64,000 bases of DNA from the human T2T-CHM13v2.0 reference genome, Homo sapiens: the NCBI RefSeq assembly GCF_009914755.1, contig NC_060936.1; one strand, given 5' to 3'. Position 1 is the first letter of the stretch; each line of letters begins with the position of its first letter. Position numbers and translations under genes: made by a program. Below are positions 14,341 through 32,554 of the stretch, piece by piece. The notes below the pieces were generated by a model that had not been told where the DNA came from, made no database searches, and saw only the letters and a list, made by a program, of their open reading frames with translations.

Positions 14341-15243
14341 AAGGCAATTATGTTTTAAGTCCCAACACTTAGTAGTGCATGATATGTTAAAGGTGATTGG
14401 TAAATGTTAGTCAAATAAAACAAAGAATGAATGATGGCAGTAAGCTCAGAATTATACTCTGGAATAACTTCCTGAAATAAAGCTAATCCGTTTAGCCAAT
14501 TAAGCACCAAGCTACCATCTTTCACAACCAGTCCAACTAGTGAAGGGCTGAGAATCCTAAACGATGGTGGAGGGGCTCTACTGCCACCTCAGGGAGTCTG
14601 TCAAGGGAGGAGCTGAGGGCCATGACAGTGGTTTTCTTAAAACGACAACAACAAAAAATGTTTTTGGTTCCTCTATCACATGGATGAATGCCCAGGCAGT
14701 TTACTTTTAATTGCCTCAATAGCTACTCAATAAATATTTGTATTTATTTGTAATTCTATTATGTTCCAAAAGAAAATTTAGGGTACCCACAAAGGGCTAC
14801 CAACTTTTTTGTCAGATAAAGATATTAAAAAAAAAATTCTGCTATTACTATCATTTACAAAATCTCTCAATTTAAAGAGGAATCCTTTGGATCAAACCCA
14901 TTTAGCTTTAGGGAAAGTTCACTGTACTCTCTTGATTGTTATCATTTTGCTGGGACCCCGTAGTGACAGTTGGGACAGCCTTTAATGATGTGAGAGCAGT
15001 GATTGCACGTAGAGGATGCCCTGCTGGCCGGGGTGATGTGGGGGAGGCATGTCCAGGGGAAGGAGGGTGGCTGGGTCCTGAAGGGCCAGCAGTTGGGTAA
15101 TCCTGGCTTGGAATCCACTTGAAGAAATTATCTCCAGCAAAATGTCCAAAAGCAATTCAGTGATGTCTCTGGGTCACTCTGGGCATTAATTTGAATAGCA
15201 AATATCTATGCGAGTAAAATCTGCTCTTCTTTAATTAAATTAG

Positions 15244-15420
<177 letters not shown>

Positions 15421-16062
15421 TGAGGTTATGTGCTATGGCATTTGACAACGCTATGTTGATCTAACTTGTTCTCTGTGAAACTCATAGTCACTAGAACAGG
15501 AAAGGTTAAAAAATTTCTGTGTCATTTTTACTCAACACCCCCACTCCTCCACCCCAAGGTACTGGTGGAGTAGGTTGAATATATAGTTTCTTTGCACAGG
15601 AGTCCTTTTGCTCATGGGCTGAGGGTTCAGGGACAGATGATGGCTCAACCTATGTGAGGAACGGCATTGGGCAGTCGGGAGGTGGAGGGAGAAGGTGGCA
15701 GGGTAAGTGGATCTAGATAAGAGAAGGGGTAAGCAAAGTGATGTTTATACTCCAATCCAGGAAGCCTAAAGAAGGAAGGAATAAAGGAATATTTTAGGGG
15801 CAAAGGCTTCCTATAGGAAAAGAAAGGAAATCAAGCCAACGCCCCATCTTTACTTCTATGGACAGGGATTTTAAGGCACTTACCTCCCCCCTGTTGGCCC
15901 AGAGTCTCAAAAAAAAAAAAAAAAGGAAAAGAAAAAACAGAAAACACTCCCACTTTTAATCCTATAGTGGTTCTTGGCTCAAAATTCCTTCTTTGCTGCA
16001 AATGTATTGTAGATCAAAGCAAAAGCTTAGAGAGGATTTTCTCCAGAAAGATCTTTCTTTGA

Positions 16063-16308
<246 letters not shown>

Positions 16309-17544
16309 TAAAATAATTCTTCACTGAGTTGTGGAGTGAGTAGGTATCAACTATCTTATAATTGATATTCAAATTGATCATAAGCACCAAAAAGAAGTTC
16401 CATATGATAAAAAGGAAAATGCATATGCAATAGTAAGAATTCGAGTTCAGCAGATCTTAACTGGCACTAGGAAAGTCCACTTAGCATGAATGCACTTTAA
16501 ACAAGGGCCAAACATCATGATAAATACTGACAAAAAAGTTTTAATTAGACTTCATCTTTTAAAATGGTAATAAATTTATGAAAAATGCATTATATTTTAG
16601 GTAATGCAACTTAAATTATAATTACACAATGTGTTTCTTCTTAGAATGATTAAAGATTAAGTGAAGTGTTGAATTTTTTGAGCATAGTTTTTTTGATAAA
16701 ACCGTGTTTGACTTTTACAGTATAATCATAAAGTGAGTCATTTTTATGAAGATATTCATGGGCCTGATCATTTTTTTCCCAAGGGCCTCTCTTAATTCTT
16801 TGATATTCAAATTATTCTCTTTTGAAGGAATGCCATCATGCCTGTAGATTAGCTCGTCTTCATTTGGTAATGGGTCTAAATCTGCCAGTTCCTTGCTTGT
16901 CGATGCTGTGTGTATGATTTGAGGAGTTCCCTAATACCATATCTATTGATTCTATGAAATCCTGCATTTTTGCAAGGTTTGCAAATGCACTCTGATGCTG
17001 ATTTGTTTTATACTGCATTATTATATTTGATGCTGAGAGGAAAGACCAATTGATATAAGGGTTTTGTAGTCATGGGGAGAGATGCTTGAGTGGAGACTAA
17101 TTTATAATTTGTCAGTTAATGGAGGTAATGCTCCCTGAACTTCAAAGTGCACATGCATCACTGGGAATCTTATTAAAGTGTGGATTCTGATTCTGCAAGA
17201 ATGGAGTGAGGCCAGAGATCCTGCAATTCCAACCAGCCTCCTGGTAATGCCAATCTTACCAACCTTGCTGGTCAGAAGCCACACTTGGAGCAGCAAAGCA
17301 GAGGATGCCTTTTCATGTTAGGCACCACCACCATCTTCCACCTACCAGCCGCTGTACCACAAACTCTTAGATGACATGGTCTGGGAGGCCTGCTCAGCCC
17401 AGGGCTGCAAGAGCACAGTGGCAGAAGTTGACTTACTGCCTCCTGCTTCCCAAGAACATATCTTCGATAGAAGCAATTCTTCAGTCTCTCTCCCAGACCT
17501 GGGCTATCATTTCACTTGAGAGGTATATCATGAAACATTTATTT

Positions 17545-19445
17545 ATATATTTATTTCCCAGGTTTTTTATTGTGGTAAAATACACAAAACATAACATGTA
17601 TTATCTTAACCATTTTTAAGCATACAAGTCATTGATGTTTGATACGTTCATCATGTTATACAACCATCACCACCATCCATCTCCAGAACTCTTTTTCATA
17701 TTGTAAAACAAAAACTCTGTACCTGTAAAACAATAACTCCCCATTATCCACTTTCCCTAGCCCCTGGCAACCACAATTCTATTGTCTGTTTCTATGATTC
17801 TGACTACATATAAGCAGAATCATAGAGCATTTCTTTCTTTTTTTGTGGCTGGCTTATTTCACTTAGCTTAATGTCCTCGAGGTTCATCTATGTTGCAGTG
17901 TGTATCAAAATTTCCTTTCTTTTTAAGACTGAATAATTTTCACCTTTATTCACATTTTGCATATCCATTCCTATGTTGATGAACTCTTGGGTTGCTTCCA
18001 TGTTTTAGGTATTGTGAATAATACTGCTATGATTGTCAGTATTCAAATGTCTCTTCAATATTCTGTTTTCAATTTAGGGGGAATATTTACTCAGAAGTGG
18101 AACTGCTGGATCACATGGCAATTCTATTTTTAATTTTTTGAGGAACCACCATACTATTTCCCATGTGACGATATCATTTTACATTCCCACCAACAGTTCC
18201 CAAAGATTCCAGTTGGTCCACGTCCTCACCGATGCTTGTAATTTTTTTTTTCTTTTTTCAAACAGAAGCCATCCAAATGGGTGTGAGGTGATATCTCATT
18301 CTAGTTTTGATTTACATTTCCTTAATGATTAGTGATGTTGCACATCTTTTCATGTGCTTATTGTTCATGTATATATCTTCTTTGGAAAAATGTCAATTCA
18401 AGTCCTTTGCCCATTTTTGACTTGGGTTGTTTACTGTTGTTAGGTTTCAGGAATTCTCTATATATTCTGGATATTAATCCCTTATGAGATATATAATTTG
18501 CAAATATTTTCTCCCATTCTGTGGGTTGTCTTTTCACTTTCTTAATAGTGTCTTTATGTACAAAAGTTTTAAATTTTAATGATATCCAGTTTATCTATTT
18601 TCCCTTTTGTTGCCTATGCCAATGGTGTTCTATCCAGGAAATCATTGCCAAATCCAATATTGTAAAGATTGTGCCCTTTGTTTTCTTTGAAGAGTTTTAT
18701 AATTTTAGGTTTTACATTCCTGTTTTTGATCCATTTTTAGTTAATATTTGTGTTAGGTAAGAGTCCAGCTTCATCCTTTTGTATATGGATACCCAGTTTT
18801 CCTGGCACAATTTGTTGAAAAGACTGTCCTTTTCCCATTGAATGGTCTTGGCATCCTTGTCTAAAATCATTTAACCATATATGTGAGAGTTTATTTCTGT
18901 GCTGTTTATTATATTCCATTTGTCTGTATGTCTGTCTTTATGCCAGTACCACACTGTTTTGATTACTCTAACTCTGTAGTAAGTTTTGAAATCAGGAAGT
19001 GTGAGTCATACGGCTTTGTTCTTGTTTGGGGGGATTTCCTTGTCTATTTTCAGGGTCTCTTAAGATCCCACGTGAATTTTAGAATAGATCTTTCTATTTC
19101 TGCAAAAGACAACGTTGGGATTTTGATAGGGATTTCATTGAATTTGTAGATCACTTTGGGTAGTGTTGACATTGTAACAATATTAAGTCTTCTAATCCTT
19201 GAACATGGGATGTATTTCTGTTTATTTATGCTTTCTTTAATTTCTTTCAGCAATGGTTTATAGTTTTTATTGTACAAATCTTTTACCATGTTGCTTAGTT
19301 AATTCACAAGAGTCTTATTCTTTTCGATGTGATTGTAAGAGGGATTTTTTTCCTAGTTTTCTTTTCAGATTGCTTACTGTTATTGTATAGAAATGCAGCT
19401 AATTTTTGTGTTGACTTTGTATCCTGCTACTTTGCTGAGAAATTT
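17545..19445 (-). mobile_element. L1MB/L1MA 3' fragment (about 1.9 kb, includes degenerate ORF2 C-terminus)
   Basis: L1M 3'UTR motifs; minus-strand ORF 19050-19289 reads [18 protein letters not shown]...IPCS..RLNIV, homologous to L1 ORF2. Confidence 0.88.
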
Positions 19446-22400
19446 ATTTTTAATAATAAAATACTGAAGTTTTCCAATAAATTACTTAAAAAATAAAATA
19501 GGGCCTGTTTTATTATTTCTAGGGCCTATTTAGAGGTCCTTTTTTTGAAGTAAATTATTAGAAAACTTTAGTATTTTATTATTAAAATACAATTAAAGCT
19601 TTTTTTCATAAGCTTTCTGTCATGAAAGGAAAGGAGTATAAACACAGCTATTAGTCCCAGGGTACAGCCTTGGGAGTATGTCAGCAAGCTGCCAAGGTGG
19701 GGGCTTATGGGGTTACCCTCTGGAAGCAGCTATATAACTTCTGGATGTGGCCCTCCACTAGAACACTCGAAGTGTTCCCGAGTGGCAATGTGTAGGTAAT
19801 GTCTTCCTGTGGCAGCCAAATAATTAGTTCTCTCCCTTGTTTCCAGTATTTTCCCATTCCCTAGTTGAGTTGATTGGGAATAGTTGAGACAGAATCTTCT
19901 CTTTCTATCAGTTCCAAGGTCCATCCTCCTTCTTCCAGGAGAGGCTACAACCTAAGCTCATTCCTAGGAAGGCAAACTCAGAGGTCTGGAGAGGTAGGGG
20001 GTAGCATTCCTGTTCCAGGCAGCCAGCCTCATTCATGTGTCACCTGAGGAGAAAACCATGCCAAGGCAGCACTCAGTTTATAAATTGGTAAAACTCACAG
20101 GAGTCCAGGATGGAAATGTTGTGATTCTCTTAAAAACAGGACCCTGGAGTGATGCAATCTATGGAGACGTCACTAAGGCCACACTCACTTACAGAATCTG
20201 TAACACCACAAGCAAGTGAACATCTCCCCACTCTGATGATGGAGGAGAAGCCCGGCAGTGTGCTGTGCCTCACTTCTGAGGATAGACTTTGTTTGCTAGT
20301 TTAACCCTCAACACGGTGGGCTATCCCTGCCTACCTTATAAAAGCCTCACAGAGCATCTCCTTTTTCTTTCTTTTTAAGAATACAGGTAAAGTGGCTCCT
20401 CTTGTCCCATGTTCTTTGTTAATTGTAAAACAAGCAGTATGTACAGCGAGCCTCTTGCTTTCCTGGACTTTTACCTATTCATGTGGGCAGTGTGGCTTTG
20501 GTTGCCACCTCCAGGGCTGCTTGTTTTAAGGAACTTTGCCAGGACGTCCTGGGCTTCATGTGCTGTAATAAGTGGAGGAGGTCATATGAAGGTACAGCCT
20601 CTCCATTCTTCACTCCATTTCTGTCCCATCACCTGATCCTTTTTTGTAAAGAAATTTTCATTGAAGTTCGAATGCAAATTAGAAACACTTAGGAAAATGT
20701 TGAAATATTGCCTCCATGATTGCTATGACACTTCTGCAGGTACCTCACAACCTGATGCCAAAATAGGAAAAAAGAATGTCTGGATCTTTATAGACTGTCT
20801 ATGCAAGCAACCAAAGGGGGTGATCGTTGTCAAAGTTGGTACAAGCAGCTTTTCTTTCTCCCTTCTCAGGACAGATGACCTTACAAAATAAACTACTTAT
20901 CTGGGGTAATTTGCCTCTTCTCATATATTCCCCACAGTGTCCCTGTGCCCTAGTGAAGGCCCAGTGGCAGGAGGTGGAGTGAGAGGGATTGGGAGTGACA
21001 CTGAAAGCAAGGGGACCTGTAGGCTGTAGACACCTGGCCTAACCCTGCATTAGACCGGTGGCAGCTTGGCCTTTTCTGCTTGTTCATCTATCTCTTTATT
21101 TGGCAATTTTATTTGTTTCTGTGATTCTTTCAGGGCAGGTGATCACATTTTTTGAGCATTATTATTAGATGTGCTTGCTGTAAGAAAAACATACCCAGTA
21201 AATATAAGTACTGCCTTAAAGTAATTCACAACTGAACCTGTTTAAAGGTGAGGTGTGTCTTGTGAATAATTATTCCTTGGACAATTCTTGTTGTTTTTTT
21301 AAATTTAAGATTGCATGCTGTACACCACCCTACTGTGGCTTAGTATGTGGGTACTTTTTACTCATTGATTCTATTTTTTTTAATCATAATGTACCAGGAA
21401 TTGTCTATTTGAATGATGCAATGATAAGTAACCCTTAGTTCCTGTCTCCAAGTAGCTTATTGTCTAAGAGGGGGATGATAAGACAGGTACACAAGTAATA
21501 AAGCTCTAAGTAATAATGTGAGAAATACTATGGGATGCATAAATAAAGCACTACATCAGTTCAGAGGAAGGAGAGAAGAAAGCTGGAGACGGGGCAGAGG
21601 TTCACGGGTGGAAAAGAAGGGGGAAGACTTGAGAGGCAAGCAAAAGAAGACATGATGGACCTTGGGGACTGAAAGTGTGGCCAAGGGAGGACAGATGGCT
21701 TCTCAAACCTTCCTTTTTCTTGTCCATGATATGCAGTTAAACACTCAGTACTATTTTTCTTCCTTTGGCAATATCTTTGTATATCAGTTCTCTTCTTTAT
21801 TCTCTTTATTCTTTCCATTTTCCTCCCACACTATTATAATGATGTCCTAACTGACCTGCTAGCCACCAATAAAATTATCTTCCTTAAAAACAAAGCAAAA
21901 CGAATCTCTGATCATATAATCTCCCTTTCCCACTGGCCCTTTACTGGCTACAGACTGTTATAACCCCTCCACAATCTGGATGGAGTCTTCTCTTTCTAAC
22001 TCGTTTCCTAATGCTCCCATAACCCCTGAATCCCATGATGCCTTCAGTGCAGCCAGACTAAATGACTAAATAAGTAAGAAGGTCATTTATATTTGAAAAA
22101 TATTTCATTTTCTCAAATAAGCTGGGCCCTTTCAGAATATGATGTGTTTGTGTCCTTACCTTGGAAGCCTTTGCTACTGCCCAACACTTTGCACTGAAAA
22201 CTCCTACATATTCCTTCAAAAGCCTGGCGTTTCCCTGTGCTGCCTAGCTTTCATCTCTCTCCAGTAGCTTCCACGGCTCCCCTTCCCCAGCCCCTCCCTC
22301 TCTCTGTTCCTCAAACCTGCCAAGTATGTTTCTGCCTCAGAGCTGTTCTGTTGAGTGGTTCTCAGCCCTAAAGACTCTTCAGATGATCTCATCATTTGGG

Positions 22401-25400
22401 CCTTAGAGCAGTGCCGAAGCCTTCCTTAACCACCCCATATAAAATAGTCCCTGAATCACTTGGTTTCATTTTAAGAGTCAGGGCCACTGTAAGAATGTGT
22501 AGTGCCATTGCTCTAATTTTAAAAAGGGGCCTCCTCTGGCTGCTGCAGACCCTATCCACCCCCTCGGTTGGGCCTGTGCTGTAAACAAACTGTAAACTTG
22601 TTCAGGGCAGCCTGGAGGGTATTTGTCCCTAACTGAAATCATCTTGTTTATTCACTGACTTTTTTTTTTTTTTTTTGCCAATCTCTCCTATTAGTTGTAT
22701 GAGAGCAGAAATTTATGCGTTTTAAAACTATCCAACACTTTATTGTGGCTTTTACCCCAGAACTTTAAGTACTGTAGGAATTCAACAAATATTGGTAACA
22801 TGAATTAATGAATTCTGTGATGCCTTGGTTGATCCTGTTTCTGTACTGCCTTAGGCCTCTGCATATACATCTTCTAGACTATTTATCACATTGTATTGCC
22901 ATTCTCTTTCCGTTATCTTTCTCCTTCACTAGACTGTGAGACTCCTGAGGTCAGAGAATCTGCCTCATCAGTGCTGTGTTGATTAGTACAGTATCTGATA
23001 CATTGTGGATACTGCTGACAAAAATTTGTGTATATTAATGCCTGAGTTTTTAAATCTCCATGAAAGGAAGAGAAGTGGTTTTATTAACTTAAGGAAATCT
23101 GAAGGAGAAGTGATTTTCTGAGGAAAAGATAAGGTCAATATTGGCTTTGAGATGTCAACTGAACATTCAGATGAAAAAAAAAAAAAAAGTCCAGAAGGTG
23201 ACTGTGAGTGTAGAACTTGGGAGGGCAGCTAGGGTAGAGAGGAAGCTGCAGCCATGGATGAAGATGTTAATTAAGGAGGGAAAGGTTATGGGTATAGGTC
23301 ACAGGTTGCAAGCCTGTGGCCAAGTCTGGGTTACAGACATTTTTTCCCCATAGTGTTTTAAAACATTTCAGATTTGTTCCCTACATTTAAAAATTAGGAG
23401 ATCTTCATAAAAGTATCAGATTTATGGGTCCTTTGAAATATCAGAAGGGCTGGGCACTTGGGCTTGGAAGTGGCCCCTCCAATGAGGCTTCATGTGCCCT
23501 CGCATCACTGCTATCTATTACCTTCTTGGCCCTATGGACTTTCAAGTTTGTATGGAATGAGAAACAAAAAGAACCAAAGAACCGAAAGCAACACCTTAAG
23601 GAACACACCCAATTAGGGCCTGTAGAGGAAGAAAAGAATGTGTGAGGGCTGAGAAGATTGGATGAAAGTAGGAAGAGAACATGGGGCAAGCACAGTGTCA
23701 AGTGAACGAATAGGATCAATAAGGAAATGGGGAGGAGAGAGATGAGATGTGTGGCTCTCTCTGGAACCAATACAAGGAGTGGGGTGCAGGATACACACAG
23801 ACTTAATTTTATAAAATACTGCCTATTGTTGCTCAGTTCTCATTCATAACAGCAGTGCTTGAGGCTTACTGTTTCTCTGTATCCTCAACACCTGACATTA
23901 TCAGACTTTCTAAATTTTGCAATTCTGATTGAGTTAAAGGAGCATCATATTGTTTTAATTTAACTTTCTCTGATTAGTAATAAAGTTGTGCATCTCTTTC
24001 TTATGTTAGCTATTAGGTTTTTCCTTCTGTGAATGGTTTGATTCAGTGTTTCATTGGGTTAACTTGTCTTTTTCGGGACAAGAATATAACTTTTCACTTG
24101 ACTCTATTATTTTATTCTTTCCTGGTACTTTCAAAAATAAAATGAATATACCAAGTCTATAGTAACAGCTTAAGAGACTGACAATTATTTTCTATTTCAA
24201 TGCCTTGTTAGCTTCCTTCCTAGTGCTAATTACACCTTTGAACTGTATTATTTATTTGTGGTTTACTTGCTATTGGTCAATCTCTCCCACTAGAAGATAT
24301 TCTCTATGAGGGCAGAGATCCTGTCTACTTTATCTAATTGTCTTATCCCTGCACTCAGGTGAGTGTCTAGCATATCATAGGTGCTTAATAAAGAACTACT
24401 GATTGTGTTCATCAATTGAATATTGAGGTGCCTGTGTCAGGTACTGAGTTGGCCCTGAGGAGTCACAAGAGAAAGTCACTGCCTTCAAAAGGAGCTTGTT
24501 AATCATCTTGGTAAGACAAGAAATCATAGAATTACAACAAACTATGGCATTTGCTAGTTCAACTGGAAACTTGTCTCCGTCAAAAGACTCAAGCCCTTTC
24601 CACAGAAAATTGCACTTAAATGAAAGTAACAAAAATTAAACGAGGATTCTAAGGCAAACAAAGGGCAACAATATTGCACACAATTTTAAACACTTTTATG
24701 AATCTTGTGCTCTTTCCATGTAAACCAGAAGAGAAATGAGTCCAAGATTTGTCCTGTTTGCAAGAGAAATATGCATGCTAGGGAAGTCTGTCCTCCAGAG
24801 ACCTGTTGAAAAGCCACCTGGAAGTCTGAGCTTCCACACCATCCCAGCAGCCTGCTTTTCTGGTTTAAGGATTCTGTGTTTTTAAATCCATGTCAGGGCC
24901 CAGTACGCTCTCCACAAAATAAACTCCTGGACAAAAATCTAAAGCTGAGTTTATTCAAAGCCCAAACAATTGCCAGACACACCCATTGGCTAAAGACAGT
25001 TTTTCTCCCGTTGGCAATCATTTTTACAATGCTCGATTACAAGCTGTTTTATTCCCATGGTTTTATTATACAACCTCAGTCCATGCAACACCAGATGCAT
25101 CATTTACCATAAGGAGAGATTTTCAAGTCTGCAATGCTCTCTTATGAGGAAAGAAAGAAAGGCCTATTTCAACTTCTTGAAGCTTGCTTTGCCATCAGGC
25201 TAAGTTACCCTCGCTCAGTGTCACTAAATAAAGGATGAATTGTAGCTTCCAAAGAGAGGAGAAATCAGCTCCTCTGCCTGGCTGTGCCCCAATATCTTGG
25301 GTACATTATCTTTAGACCTGCAATGGACCCAGGAGCTTCCAAGCTGTGTTCTGCCGAGTCCAGGGATTTCCTGAAGTGGGTGAGGTGAGAGGGAACTCAA

Positions 25401-26471
25401 GGGCTTTCATCTGTTTCCTGAGCCAATCTCCTCGCAAAGAGGACAGGACCTAACCTGAGTAGAAGCTGGTTTGTTAGATATCATCGAATCACCAGCCCAT
25501 TGCCCTAGATGATAAACACTAGTGTTTATCTAATTCACTCACATTTCCATGGACATTTCCCAATATGAAAAAGGAATTTGGACCTTAGGTGTTTTCTTTG
25601 TTTCTGTTTTTGTTCTGTTTTGTTTTGTTTTTTGCTTCTCTGAGAGGTACTTCAGATAAAAGAATAAACTAGACACTGGTACTCTCTTCATTTCTCTAGA
25701 GAGCAACACTATGACCTTTCAGTGCCTCGTGCCATGAACCACCTGTAAGAATATTTATTCATGTAATCATCAAATGTGTACTGAGTTATTAGTCTGTGCT
25801 GGAGTGGCAACTATGGATGAAATATAAGCTCTGTCCAGGTGAGCCCACTCTCTAGGTAAATCTGACACCAAGTTTAAGGAAGGTGGGAGCAGGGGAGGAC
25901 AGGTGATTCAGGTAGAGGAAGCAGCATGTGCTAGATCCAGAGGCTAGAGGAATCCTGCCATGTTCAGTGAATGGCAAATGGTTCAATATGGTGAGAGCAT
26001 GGAGCGTGAAGAGGGCTGTAGTGAAAGATGAGTTTTAGATAAGGGATACCCACTCTGAGCTCACTAACAGTTCTGATTTCATGAATGCTTTCCCATTGTT
26101 TCCATGTGCAATACACTTGCCGGACTGCCTCTAGTGCCCATTTAGAAAACATGCTCATTCTGTCCATATGTACCCTAACTCCATAGCAAGTCTCAAACAG
26201 TGAGTAAAAGTTTCTTAGGTTATTTGAAGCAGTTGCCACCTTTTGCTTCACAATCTCATTAGAAAATTTTGGTGGCAAGCTGGTTTAATCATTTTTACAT
26301 CACAACTGTAGAGTGGTGTTTCAGCTGAGGTAGTGGACCCCATTTAAAACTGTTAATAGCTGGACAAAGTAGAGTAATTAATTGGGTTCAATTACAAAAT
26401 GGTTAGTCATCAAGGATGGGCATCAAATGGGGAGACTTTTCAAAATGCCCCTCAGCCCTAATGAATCCAAG

Positions 26472-26614
26472 CTTCTTTAAAACATTTTTTTTTGTAGAGC
26501 TGGGGTCTCTCTATGTTGCCCAGGCTGGTCTTCGAACTCCTAGCCTCAAACAGTCCTCCCACCCTGGCCTCCCAAAGTGCTGGGATTACAAGTGTGAGCT
26601 AATGTGTCTGGCCC
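26472..26614 (-). mobile_element. Alu monomer (FLAM-like)
   Basis: Single left arm; TSD ATGAATCCAAG at 26461-26471 and 26615-26625. Confidence 0.8.
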
Positions 26615-27699
26615 ATGAATCCAAGATTCTACATGGGGTCCAGACATGTGTATTTAGAAAAAATTTCCTCAGGCATCTGTGATATGGGTTCTTGGTTCAA
26701 ATCTGCTCATACAGACCTAATCACTTGCATAGAAAAGAACATTTTCAGAAAAACTCTAGATTATAGTTTTGAACATATTTATACTGGATTTACTGTAACA
26801 ATGGGGGACAGAAGTCAGAACTCCAAATATTTCAGTAAGAGTCAACCCCTATAATATGTATTAGAAATTTACTTTTTGGTAATTTTCTATTGGATGGATC
26901 CATAAAGTCAGAGCCAGCCATAATTATAATCAGGAAAGTGGTAGTAAATTTCCTCTCCACTTTTATTTCCTCTTGAATAGGAAAATATATGAATTATCTC
27001 CTTACCTATTGGATCTACCTGTAAGATATATGGTACTGGCAAATTTCAGTTGGAGAAATTAAACCTGGCCTTTTATCATTATTGACAAGTAACCAGGCAA
27101 TTGCAGCCATTGCTTGTATCCTATGAGGCAGTATTGAAAGTCCTGTTGAGGAAAACACTGCAGAAAGAACTTTCTGCGGTTTAGAGGGGACTTTATTATA
27201 ATTCTCCATAGTCTGCTTTGGCTTGAGCTAAATCATAAATTAATGTATTAAGCAATTTTTTTTTAAAGAAGGAGATGGTTACCAAGGGAAAAAAAAGAGT
27301 ATCAGTAGTGTCAGTGAGGATGGAGAGAAGTGGGTGGCTTTGGGAGATTTAGGATGCCGAACTGACAGTCCTGCGTGGTAGATTGCCTGCCAGTGAGCAG
27401 GGTGCAGGGAGGGGTTAGAGAGGACGGCTGGAAATCTGTTTTGGGCTGCTGGTGGACATCAGCTGACCATGTGACCCACTGTAAATAATACAGCTGTAAT
27501 TATAGTATAAGGCTCTCTACAGGGTAAACATAGTAAATAATGATTTAACATTTATCATGATTTAGAATCATAAAATGCTGTTTCTATCTTCATAATTTCT
27601 GCCTTATTTTTATTACAACAAATTTAGAAGTAAAGGAAAACCTGTACCAGGATTAGAAAATTTAGAAGGGCTTTTGTTAGGAGATTTTTGTTTTTGTTT

Positions 27700-29950
<2,251 letters not shown>

Positions 29951-31379
29951 TGGATGGATTTTGAAGGATGTATGGTAAGACTTCAGGAAAAATATAGGGT
30001 TTTCTGATGACATTTGAAAAGCTGATACAAGTATGATTTTTTTTGTTGTTGGATTTTTTGTGTTTTTTTGGTAAGTTTTCTTGAAGCAAACATAGGCCTC
30101 AGAAATCAAGCTTTTGGTCATTTTACATCCCAAATACAAAGGTTTTCTGCTTCTCTAAGCTGCTAACTCATAGCACTTTTCAATTCACTTGTGTCCATTC
30201 TTACTGAGCATTTCCAGTGGGCAAAGGCATGTGCTAAATGCTGGTGAGATATGCAAATAAATCAACATAATTCTGCCTGCCACAAACTCATGATCCAGGT
30301 GGGAGACAGACATATAACACCTGATACAAGGCAAATGGCCAGGTGATAGAATTGAACATGCTTTGAGGACACTGTAGAGTGAGGGATGCTCTCTGACTAG
30401 TGGTCTCTGGGGAGATACTGGGTATGATGGGATTTGGACTGGCCTTGAGGAAAGGCATTTTTATCTTAGGTAATTATGGGAATGAGGTCTCAGACACTGG
30501 AGAGTGCAGGGTGTTCAGGGGGCCTCAACAGATCTGTGTGGCTGCTCTGGGAGTTTCAGAGAGTTCTCCAGTGTATCATGAGATACATCTGTCTTTGAAC
30601 TGCGTACACTAAGCCTTGAATCTGGAATGTTCAGCTTTTGATTCTTTCTGAGTGATTGCTCTACAGTGTTCGAAACCCTCAAAGCTTCAGTTTGGATGAT
30701 AAGAATCTCAAAGGCACATAGCCCTGAGTTTGACCCTCAACCACAAAACAGTCTCTATTGCCCTTGAACTCAGCCTTGGACCAGCCTCTCTGCAATTCAG
30801 AAAGTGCTGTGGGATTTTGAACTTGCAAACAGAGAGAAAGATAGGAGGAGAGGTCATGGGGTTGGAATGTGAGTTGATAAGAGCTTTCCAGGCTTTTTGT
30901 TATGGCTGAGAAATGGGCATATGTGTTCATATGACAACTGAAGTGTGTGGGTGGGGAAGAGGATGGCCTGGACTCTCTGGGTTTGGTTGGTCTCCCCTTT
31001 CTTTTTCTGATGTGTCAGTGACATTCTGTGAACAGGAAGAAATATGTGCTTTAAAAAAATTGCTTTTTTTTAGTTAGGCTACAATATAAGCAGTATACAA
31101 TAGTTCATTGGATTTTGAAGCAGATATTGACACCTCAATAATTATCTTCTCATTTATAGATGAAGAAATGGAAGCACAGAGAGGTTATTGCATTTTGTCT
31201 GGAGTCTCACTTCTAGCAGGTGACAGAACTCAGAGAAAAGCCCAGGTCTTTGTTCCTTCTTCCCTCACATGAGAAATTTGATGCGTATTTTATTAGGGAG
31301 AACTAGAGTCATTTTCTATGAATTTTGGTTATGAACAGACAATTCAACATCATTCAGAAGACTGTTCTGACTTTCTTTC

Positions 31380-31515
31380 TTCTTCTTCTTTTTTTTTTTT
31401 TTTTTTTTTTTTTGAGATGGAGTTTTACTCTTGTTTCCCAGGTTGGAGTGCAATGGCACAATCTCAGCTCACTGCAACCTCCGCCTCCTGGGGTTCAAGT
31501 GATTCTCCTGCCTCA
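31380..31515 (-). mobile_element. Truncated Alu right-arm fragment
   Basis: Poly-T followed by GAGATGGAGTTTT...CTCCTGCCTCAG, ending abruptly. Confidence 0.85.
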
Positions 31516-31842
31516 GAATTTTAAATATGGAATAATGGCCATTGAAAATAAATCTTTCAATTCCAGATTTGCCAATGTCCTTCAGCTCCATTTTTGAGTT
31601 ACAAGGTCATATTTTCACTTTATTGGAAATTGAACAGAAGCAGTTTACTACACAGCCAGCAGTTTAGCAAGACTGTGTTCAGTTTCAAACCTCTCCAGAT
31701 TTATCTTGAATGAACTTGAAGATGTGTGTGTCTGTAACCATTTTCAACAGTATAATCCAGCTGTCTTTGAATGGGCTGTAGACAGCTTTGTAGTGATCTC
31801 AAATTGTTAATTTATGCACTCTGTTTGATTTTTCCCTTTTAG

Positions 31843-32028
<186 letters not shown>

Positions 32029-32082
32029 TAGAAATTTGGGGAAAGGAGAGAGTGAGCTCTTTCCAGAATAAGATCAATCTAA

Positions 32083-32554
<472 letters not shown>

